Shown here: positions 8,070 to 14,694 of the stretch, one piece after another
Position numbering within the stretch: position 1 is the stretch's first letter
How the letters are laid out: the number at the start of each line of letters is the position of its first letter
Assembly (NCBI GenBank): GCA_002410325.1
Contig: DHRK01000018.1
Location: 1-24,000, forward strand
DNA: 24,000 nt
Origin: Syntrophomonas sp. UBA5314
GTDB lineage: Bacteria; Bacillota; Syntrophomonadia; Syntrophomonadales; Syntrophomonadaceae
Direction of reading: 5' to 3'
The notes under the pieces: generated by a model
The model's input: the letters and a program-made list of their open reading frames with translations, nothing else
Told to the model about the DNA's origin: nothing
Database searches by the model: none
Position numbers and translations under genes: made by a program

Positions 8070-8512
8070 ACTTGACACCTCACAATATAAGGCCGGCAGC
8101 TGCAGGAGCAGCAGGAGTCCTGCAAAGCGCCGGTAAACAGCCGCACCGCCTGGTAGACTCCGGCTCTCTGCTCGGCCGGTATCCCGGCTTCCACTGAATC
8201 GATAAATCCCTTCAGGCATTCCCAGGCCCGGTTTCTCATCGCCTGGCCTTCTTCGCTGAGCCTTAGAAGCACAGCCCGTGAATCCTCCGGGGATTTTTCT
8301 TTTATTATCAGGTTCCGATTGACCAGAGGTTCGAGCAATCGGGTCGTCGTGCTTTTATCCACCGACAGCGCTGCATGCAGTTCAGACATCTTCATGCGCT
8401 GGCGTTCCGCTATGAAGTTCATAATGTTGAACTGGATAAAGGTTATCGGCTCACCGCATATTTCTTCCTGCTGGCAAAAGCGCAGGGCTTTAGAAATAGA
8501 AAAAAGCATCAT
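8066..8512 (-). CDS. MarR-family winged-helix transcriptional regulator with a Cys-rich C-terminal tail
   Basis: The wHTH core is ...MSELHAALSVDKSTTTRLLEPLVNRNLIIKEKSPEDSRAVLLRLSEEG.... The tail is ...DSCCSCSCRPYIVRCQV. The start is uncertain. I prefer ATG 8512, which has AGGA 7 nt upstream. The longest ORF begins at TTG 8557 but has no RBS. The stop TGA overlaps the hgcA ATG. Confidence 0.8.
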   Translation of the reverse strand: MMLFSISKALRFCQQEEICGEPITFIQFNIMNFIAERQRMKMSELHAALSVDKSTTTRLLEPLVNRNLIIKEKSPEDSRAVLLRLSEEGQAMRNRAWECLKGFIDSVEAGIPAEQRAGVYQAVRLFTGALQDSCCSCSCRPYIVRCQV

Positions 8513-8576
8513 CAAAAAATCCTGTTCGTCATTCAAGGCTCTAGCCTTCTTTCTCAAATTTAACTTGATTCACGGT

Positions 8577-8614
8577 AATAGTTGTATAATACAACTATTT
8601 TTAAAATTGATCAA
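8577..8614 (-). promoter_or_regulatory. Putative sigma-70-type promoter overlapped by a 23-bp perfect palindrome (candidate MarR operator)
   Basis: On the minus strand, TTGATC (8614-8609), a 17-nt spacer and TATTAT (8591-8586) form the promoter. The palindrome AATAGTTGTAT-A-ATACAACTATT spans 8577-8599 (11-1-11, no mismatches) and covers the -10 element and the predicted start site. Confidence 0.5.
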
Positions 8615-8743
8615 CCCCCCGGCATAATCCCCAAAACAAACGAACCATTGTTCAAACAGTACGCTTGAGCAATAGTTCTTAGCAGAGTTAAATTCATTTA
8701 ATTCTTTACCGAGAAAATAAGTTAAAGAACATCCCGATCAGCT

Positions 8744-9898
8744 TTAAGAAAGGGACCAGATCAGCCGGGAGCGTTCCACCAGGCCGGGGAGGATTTGCAT
8801 CAAACGCTCTACGTCGGCGGCACTGTTGGCCCGGCCCAGGCTCAATCTGAGCGAACCCAGCGCAACTTCGTTTTTAAGCCCCAGGGCGGTTAGAACATGG
8901 GAGGCCTGAAAGGAATTGGAGCTGCAGGCGGAAGCACTGGAAGCCGCAATACCCTCGGCATCAAGGAAATTGACCAGAGAATCTCCTTCAACTCCCGGAA
9001 AAACAAAACTGGCGTGTCCGGGAAGCCTGAACCGGGGATGCCCGGTCAGGTAGCTCTGGGGGATTTCTTCCTGGATCCGTTTTATGAGGAGTCCTCCCAA
9101 GCCGTTTAACCGGTCCACATTTTCCGCAAGCTGTTCCCCGGCCATTTCGGCCGCCTGCCCCAAGCCGACTATGCCCGGTATGTTTTCAGTTCCCGAGCGC
9201 CATTTTCTCTCCTGTCCCCCGCCGTGAGCGAGCGGAGTGAGGTTTACCCCCGAACGGACGTATAACGCCCCGGCTCCCTTGGGGCCGTAGAATTTGTGGG
9301 CGGAAAGGGATAGCAGGTCAACTTGGAGTTCTTTGACCTTCACCGGGATACGCCCGGTCGACTGCACGGCGTCGGTGTGCAGAGTAATTCCTCGCTGCCG
9401 GGCAATTTGCCCGATTTCTTCAAGCGGCTGGACGGTTCCGATTTCATTATTGGCATGCATAATACTGATCAAGATAGTATCTTTACGTATCATCTTAAGC
9501 AAATGCTCAGGATTGACCCGGCCATAGAAGTCAACCGGAAGCACGGTTACTTCAAACCCGCTCTGGGCCAGGTGTTTAAAGGTATGAAGCACCGCATGAT
9601 GTTCAATGGCCGAAGTGATCATATGCCTTCCCCGGTCTTGCCCGGCCAGGGCGCTGCCTATGATAGCCAGGTTGTCGGCTTCGGTGCCGCCGCTGGTAAA
9701 CACGATCTCCTGGGGGTCGGCTCCTATCAGATCCGCTACCTGTCTACGGGCCTTGTCCAGCAGCGCCCGGGCTGCTTTTCCCGGTGTATGCAGACTGGAA
9801 GGATTTCCCCACCCATGGGTAAGGGCCTCCAACATTACCTCTGCTACTTTCGGCGCAACTGGTGTGGTTGCACTGTGATCCATATAGACTCTCTGCAT
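8744..9898 (-). CDS. nifS: Cysteine desulfurase, NifS/IscS class (second paralog)
   Basis: N-terminus MQRVYMDHSATTPV...; PLP-lysine region SLSAHKFYGPKG; active-site loop SSASACSS. I chose ATG 9898 as the start because it has a GAAGGAG RBS. The track ORF extends to 10009 only by overlapping nifU. Confidence 0.9.
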   Translation of the reverse strand: MQRVYMDHSATTPVAPKVAEVMLEALTHGWGNPSSLHTPGKAARALLDKARRQVADLIGADPQEIVFTSGGTEADNLAIIGSALAGQDRGRHMITSAIEHHAVLHTFKHLAQSGFEVTVLPVDFYGRVNPEHLLKMIRKDTILISIMHANNEIGTVQPLEEIGQIARQRGITLHTDAVQSTGRIPVKVKELQVDLLSLSAHKFYGPKGAGALYVRSGVNLTPLAHGGGQERKWRSGTENIPGIVGLGQAAEMAGEQLAENVDRLNGLGGLLIKRIQEEIPQSYLTGHPRFRLPGHASFVFPGVEGDSLVNFLDAEGIAASSASACSSNSFQASHVLTALGLKNEVALGSLRLSLGRANSAADVERLMQILPGLVERSRLIWSLS

Positions 9899-9959
9899 AA
9901 CCCGCTCCTTCAATGGATATGAGCTCCGCTGTCCAATACTATTAACTCCATTATAATCA

Positions 9960-10331
9960 TCAGGCGTCCCGCCGCGCCATATAATCCTGAATAGCCTGGT
10001 GAAGAGCATCGGCCGCCAGATTGGAACAGTGCATTTTTACCGGCGGAAGACCGTCCAGGGCCTCGGCTACAGTTCGATTGGTGATGCGCTCCGCCTCTTC
10101 CAGGGTTTTGCCCTTAACCATTTCCGTCACCATGCTGCTGGTGGCTATAGCCGCCGCGCAGCCAAAGGTTTTAAACTTGATGTCTTCTATAATATTATCT
10201 TTAACCTGAATCTCGATATGCATGATATCCCCGCATACCGGGTTGCCCACTTCACCCACCCCGTCGGCGTTGTTCAGGCATCCCGCATTCCTGGGATTCA
10301 TAAAGTGATCCATTACCTTTACACTATACAT
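9960..10331 (-). CDS. nifU: Fe-S cluster assembly scaffold, NifU N-terminal / IscU type
   Basis: 123 aa with the three scaffold cysteines in canonical contexts (GNPVCGD, FGCAAAIA, HCSNLA). Its ATG overlaps the upstream nifS stop (TGATG). Confidence 0.9.
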   Translation of the reverse strand: MYSVKVMDHFMNPRNAGCLNNADGVGEVGNPVCGDIMHIEIQVKDNIIEDIKFKTFGCAAAIATSSMVTEMVKGKTLEEAERITNRTVAEALDGLPPVKMHCSNLAADALHQAIQDYMARRDA

Positions 10332-11503
10332 CAGTTGCTTCCTCCTTTGCTATACAAGGGCGACATCTTGCGCAGGTTCCCGATTATCTTGGGCAGTACT
10401 TCCAAAACATAATCAACGTCGTCCTCGGTATTGTCTTTCCCCAAAGTCAGGCGCAGCGAGCCATGGGCAATTTCATGAGGGAGGCCGATGGCCAGCAAAA
10501 CATGCGAAGGGTCCAAGGCGCCTGAGGTGCAGGCGGAACCGCTGGATCCCATAATCCCGTAGCTATCCAGCATCAGCAGAATGGATTCGCCTTCTACGAA
10601 TCGAAAGCATACGCTGACACTGCCCGGAACCCGGTTGTCCGGATCTCCGGTAGGAATGGTGTCGGGAATGCTCTGTAATAGGCCTTCCCGCAGCCTGCTT
10701 CCCAGGGCGGTTAAGCGCCTGGAAAGCTCATCCATACGCTGCCCGGCCAGTTCGGCCGCCTTGCCAAAGCCCACTATCCCGGGGATGTTTTCCGTTCCGG
10801 CCCGCATTTTATTTTCCTGAGGTCCGCCGTGAAACAGAGAGCCGGTTTTTATACCTTTCTTGATGTAAAGGCATCCTACCCCCTTGGGTCCGTAAAGCTT
10901 ATGGCTGGAGGCTGACAACATATCAATACCTATACTCTTCACATCTATCGGAACCTTACCAAAAGTCTGCACCGCGTCGGTATGAAATGCGGCTCCCGCC
11001 TGATGGGCTATGTCAACCAGCTCTTTTAGCGGCTGTATGGTGCCGATTTCATTGTTAGCGTGCATGATTGTCACCAGCGCAGTATCAGGCCTGATAGCCG
11101 CTTTCAGGCTCTCCGGCTCGACCCGGCCCAGTTCGTCAACCGGCAGAACGGTTAAATCAAATCCGGACTTTTCCAGGTATAAGCAGGTGTCCAAAACCGC
11201 ATGATGTTCAATAGCGGAGCTTATTAAATGCTTGCCCCGCTTGGGATTGCTTAACATATAGGAGATTATGGCCTGATTATCGGCTTCAGTCCCCCCGCTG
11301 GTAAAAAACACTTCCCGGGGATTGGCACCAATTAAAGCCGCTATTTGCTCCCGGGACTTTTCTAAAGCACGGCGGGCCGACCGGCCTTTGGCATGAACGC
11401 TGGAAGGGTTACCATAATCATAGGAATAGTAGGGTATCATGGCGTCAAAAACGGTTGTGTCCACTGGCGTTGTGGCACTGTGATCCATATAAATCTCTCG
11501 CAT
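10331..11503 (-). CDS. nifS: Cysteine desulfurase, NifS/IscS class (first paralog)
   Basis: 390 aa. N-terminus MREIYMDHSATTPV...; PLP-lysine region SASSHKLYGPKG; active-site loop SSGSACTSG. RBS AGAGGAGG lies upstream. Confidence 0.92.
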   Translation of the reverse strand: MREIYMDHSATTPVDTTVFDAMIPYYSYDYGNPSSVHAKGRSARRALEKSREQIAALIGANPREVFFTSGGTEADNQAIISYMLSNPKRGKHLISSAIEHHAVLDTCLYLEKSGFDLTVLPVDELGRVEPESLKAAIRPDTALVTIMHANNEIGTIQPLKELVDIAHQAGAAFHTDAVQTFGKVPIDVKSIGIDMLSASSHKLYGPKGVGCLYIKKGIKTGSLFHGGPQENKMRAGTENIPGIVGFGKAAELAGQRMDELSRRLTALGSRLREGLLQSIPDTIPTGDPDNRVPGSVSVCFRFVEGESILLMLDSYGIMGSSGSACTSGALDPSHVLLAIGLPHEIAHGSLRLTLGKDNTEDDVDYVLEVLPKIIGNLRKMSPLYSKGGSN

Positions 11504-11537
11504 GTCATCTACCTCCTCTAGGATTCCAAATTATAAT

Positions 11538-12005
11538 TTAGCATTTCCTATCATGATCATCGCCGAGCAAAATCGGATTGGTATTCTCCATCACATCGGA
11601 TTCACGGGCCAGGTCTTCCAAAGTATAGGAATCCAAGACCTCACACATGGTATCTCTTAATTTGGTCCAAACTTTTCTGGTTACACAATAATCGGCGCGC
11701 CGGCATTCGTCTAGATTGAGTTCATTAACACAATCAACCGGAGCAATAGGACCTTCTAAAACCCTTATAATGTCTCCGACCGTTATTTTGGCAGCGCTTC
11801 TCCCCAGCACATATCCCCCCTGGGCGCCGCGCAGGCTCTTTACCAGGCCGGCTTGTTTCAGGGGAATGAGCAGCTGCTCCAAATACCGGCTGGACAAACT
11901 TTGACGCTGGGCAATCGTATGAATAGCCACCGGCCCGGCATCTTGTTGTTGGGCGATATCCACCATAGCCCTCAGACCGTATCTCCCTTTGGTCGATAAT
12001 TTCAC
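11538..12005 (-). CDS. iscR: Rrf2-family transcriptional regulator, IscR-like with three Cys ligands
   Basis: Typical Rrf2 N-terminus: (M)KLSTKGRYGLRAMVDIA... A Cys triad is present (CVNELNLDECRRADYC). I prefer GTG 12005 as the start because AGGGGAG lies 6 nt upstream. The track begins two codons earlier at TTG 12011. Confidence 0.85.
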   Translation of the reverse strand: MKLSTKGRYGLRAMVDIAQQQDAGPVAIHTIAQRQSLSSRYLEQLLIPLKQAGLVKSLRGAQGGYVLGRSAAKITVGDIIRVLEGPIAPVDCVNELNLDECRRADYCVTRKVWTKLRDTMCEVLDSYTLEDLARESDVMENTNPILLGDDHDRKC

Positions 12006-12063
12006 TGCCAACTCCCCTTTTCACTGTCTTCTGCGGCGCCCTACCAGTTGTTTACGAAGCCGG

Positions 12064-12984
12064 TTAAGATGCCAGTTCGATCATCTTCTCCAGGGCCAGG
12101 GCCGCTTTTACCCTGATATCTTCCAGCACCGTTATTATAGTCTCTCTGTTTTCTATCGAATTTAAGATCTTCTCCAGAGTGATGCTTTTCATATTGGGAC
12201 AAATCAATTCTTCCGAGGCCATAATAAGGTTCTTATCCGGGCTCACCTTTAAGATGGGATGCAGGATGCCGCATTCCGTACCGATAATAAAGTCATGAGC
12301 CTCGGATTTGGTCACGTAATCCAAAATCCCAGCGGTGCTTCCTGCGTAGTCAGCCATCGCTATCACCTCCGGTTTGCACTCGGGGTGAACCAGCAGCAAG
12401 GCTCCGGGATGCATCTCCTTCAACCTGGCGATTTCCTCTGCTTCCAGCCTGTCGTGAATGGGACAGGCGGAGGGATACGATTCCAGGCTGCGGCCCAATT
12501 TTTTAGCCACATTGGCAGCCAAATTCTGATCGGGGATAAAATAAATTTCCCTGTCAGCCGGCAGCTTGCGAATTATCTTTTCCGCGTTGGATGAAGTGCA
12601 GCATACATCGCTGACCGCCTTGACATCGGCCGGAGTATTTACGTAAGTCACCACCATGCTGTTGGGATGCTTTTTCTTAAAATCAACAATATACTCGGCG
12701 GTAATACTGTTGGCCATGGGACAGGTAGCCGCGGGTTCAGGGGACAAAACGGTTCTGCCCGGGCACAATATGGCAGCCGTTTCAGCCATAAAGTCCACCC
12801 CGGCTACCAGGATGGTTTCGCTGCTTGAATTTCTGGCCGCCAGCGCCATGGCATATGAATCACCTACAAAATCAGCAATATCCTGAATCTCATCTCTCTG
12901 GTAATAATGCGCGATAATGAAAAGCGATTGCTCGTTTTTTTTCCGGAGTATTGCTTCACTGATGTGGTCTAACGGTCTGTTCAT
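12064..12984 (-). CDS. nadA: Quinolinate synthase NadA ([4Fe-4S] enzyme)
   Basis: NadA-like blocks are present: IIAHYYQRDEIQDIADFVGDSYAMA, VAGVDFMAETA, LVHPEC, IIGTECG. I chose ATG 12984 as the start (MNRPLD...) because it has a GAGGAC RBS. The track's GTG 12999 lies inside that RBS. Confidence 0.88.
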   Translation of the reverse strand: MNRPLDHISEAILRKKNEQSLFIIAHYYQRDEIQDIADFVGDSYAMALAARNSSSETILVAGVDFMAETAAILCPGRTVLSPEPAATCPMANSITAEYIVDFKKKHPNSMVVTYVNTPADVKAVSDVCCTSSNAEKIIRKLPADREIYFIPDQNLAANVAKKLGRSLESYPSACPIHDRLEAEEIARLKEMHPGALLLVHPECKPEVIAMADYAGSTAGILDYVTKSEAHDFIIGTECGILHPILKVSPDKNLIMASEELICPNMKSITLEKILNSIENRETIITVLEDIRVKAALALEKMIELAS

Positions 12985-13169
12985 ATCACACGTCCTCACT
13001 ATTCTATTAACCCTTAGTATAACCTTTCAATAATATAACACATAACCCTATAGTTTTACTAGAATTTTTAAATAAAAATAGCGCCAAAATTTTGCAAGGT
13101 GCTAAATACTTCCGTTGCCTTATATATGTAAATCAGAACCCATTTCGAGCTTTCCTGTGGAGCTAATCT

Positions 13170-13970
13170 TTAGCCCTGATTCATGCTTCCCATCCGGTAG
13201 CCTTGCATGTCGAGGGTGACGTAATGAAAGCCCAGCTTTTTTAAATGTTCGGCAATATGATCCATCATAGCTTCCGCAGCCAGTAACCGGCGTTTATCAC
13301 TTCCAACCTCGATCCGGGCCAGATCTCCGTGCATTCGAACCCTTACCTGTTTAAAACCGAGGCCGATTAAATACTCTTCAGCCTGTTCCACCATGGCTAG
13401 CTTCTCCAGGTTTATCTTGTCGCCGGTTGCAAACCGGGAAGCCAGGCAGGCGGCCGCTGCTTTATCCCAGGTATCCAGGCCCATTTGCCTGGACAGATGC
13501 CTTATCTCCTTTTTACCCAGACCAGCTTCCAGCAAAGGGCTTTTTATTCCCAACTCCTGGATGGCTTTCATGCCCGGGCGAAAGTCTTCAAGATCGTCCA
13601 CATTGGAGCCATCCGCCACCTCAGCTATTCCCCGTTCGCGGGCTATATTCTTTAAAAACCCGAAGAGCTGCCGCTTGCAAAGATAACAGCGTTCCATGGA
13701 ATTTTCAGCAAATCCCGGAATGCTCAGTTGTTCTATCGGTATTAGCGATAATTCTACCTGCAGCAATCCCGTCAGGCGCTGGCATTCCTTGAACTCTCTT
13801 TCCGGGTAGAGTGGTGATATGGCGGTGATCGCCCGGGCCTTGTCCCCCAGCATTTCTCTGGCAACGGCCAGTAAAAAAGTACTGTCCACCCCACCTGAAA
13901 AAGCAACCAGCAAGCTCCCCATCGACCGTATATTTTGCTTTAGCCAGGCAAGTTTTTTTTCAGTCTCCAT
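13170..13970 (-). CDS. larE: LarE-type ATP-dependent sulfur transferase (PP-loop ATPase, TIGR00268-like)
   Basis: 266 aa with the PP-loop motif AFSGGVDST. It also has a CxxC pair (ERCYLCKRQ) and a third Cys in the AACLASRF context. Length and order of motifs match the LarE family as I recall it. Confidence 0.8.
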   Translation of the reverse strand: METEKKLAWLKQNIRSMGSLLVAFSGGVDSTFLLAVAREMLGDKARAITAISPLYPEREFKECQRLTGLLQVELSLIPIEQLSIPGFAENSMERCYLCKRQLFGFLKNIARERGIAEVADGSNVDDLEDFRPGMKAIQELGIKSPLLEAGLGKKEIRHLSRQMGLDTWDKAAAACLASRFATGDKINLEKLAMVEQAEEYLIGLGFKQVRVRMHGDLARIEVGSDKRRLLAAEAMMDHIAEHLKKLGFHYVTLDMQGYRMGSMNQG

Positions 13971-14058
13971 ATAAACCCCATTTCCTAATCAATTCTACCT
14001 GAAAAACTACCGCCGAACTCAGCTGTATGCATAAATATTTTAGTCTTTTTTACTTATC

Positions 14059-14673
14059 TCAATATATAAATGGGATATACCTTTTGGTTTTATTTTTGTA
14101 CTCTATGTACTCTCGCCCAAAAGTTTTTTCCAAAAAATCCTCTTCACATCTTACCTGGATTTCGAGGGTGTAGATAAAAAATATATTTAAAACAAATATA
14201 GCCCAGGTTGGCCAAATCAACCATACACCTATATTGAGAATATACAACCCCAGATACGTCGGGTTCCTGATGATTTTATACAGGCCGGTCGTGATCAAAT
14301 CAGTTTTAATGGTTTCATCAATACCCACCCGCCATGACTTCCCCATTTTTACTTGAGCATACAGGCAAAAACATAACCCGATCATTCCAAGCGCAAAACC
14401 TATATATTTTATAGCGTTTTGATTCAATATCCCGGATCTGCTAAATAAGGAGTAAAATTGTACGTTTACGGTATGAAAAAAGATCAAAAAGACGGCATAC
14501 CCGGTTAACAGGTTAAACATCCCACCCATATATCTTTGCAGGTTGGATTCAGATTTCTTAAGCACCTCCGGATCAATTCCGGTGTTTTTGGTTTGCCGTA
14601 CCCTTTTTACTTTCCATAAAAGAAAATATATGATCAATAATGTTCCGACCAAAAGTCCTCCAGTGATGTCCAT
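14059..14673 (-). CDS. Integral-membrane methyltransferase, isoprenylcysteine carboxyl methyltransferase (ICMT/PEMT) family
   Basis: Multi-pass hydrophobic protein with the family signature region GLYKIIRNPTYLGLYILNIGVWL and an ...EE.FLEKTFGREY.EYK C-terminus. I prefer ATG 14673 as the start because it has a GGAGAGG RBS. The track ORF starts at 14691. Confidence 0.72.
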   Translation of the reverse strand: MDITGGLLVGTLLIIYFLLWKVKRVRQTKNTGIDPEVLKKSESNLQRYMGGMFNLLTGYAVFLIFFHTVNVQFYSLFSRSGILNQNAIKYIGFALGMIGLCFCLYAQVKMGKSWRVGIDETIKTDLITTGLYKIIRNPTYLGLYILNIGVWLIWPTWAIFVLNIFFIYTLEIQVRCEEDFLEKTFGREYIEYKNKTKRYIPFIY

Positions 14674-14694
14674 TCTACAGCCTCTCCACATCCC

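Noticed and set aside
8070-8219. The 50-codon N-terminal extension of the hgcA track ORF (MPEGIYRFSG...)
   Set aside because: It fully overlaps the 3' end of the marR-family gene in another frame, has no RBS and is low-complexity (LLLLLQL). ATG 8069 has a GAGGTG RBS and gives a normal HgcA N-terminus.
9323-9922. 199-aa plus-strand ORF. Similar antisense ORFs lie within nifS, nifU, cadA, abfD, nadA and larE.
   Set aside because: All lie entirely inside well-supported minus-strand genes and show no independent coding evidence.
9899-10009. N-terminal extension of the second nifS track ORF, overlapping nifU
   Set aside because: It overlaps the nifU C-terminus. The canonical MQRVYMDHSATTPV start at 9898 has a GAAGGAG RBS.
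12985-13169. Possible IscR/Rrf2 or NiaR operator upstream of nadA (ATAGTTTTACTAGAAT and repeated ATAAC units)
   Set aside because: The resemblance to the E. coli type-1 IscR site is only partial, and I cannot recall a reliable clostridial consensus. I am not confident enough to call it a feature.
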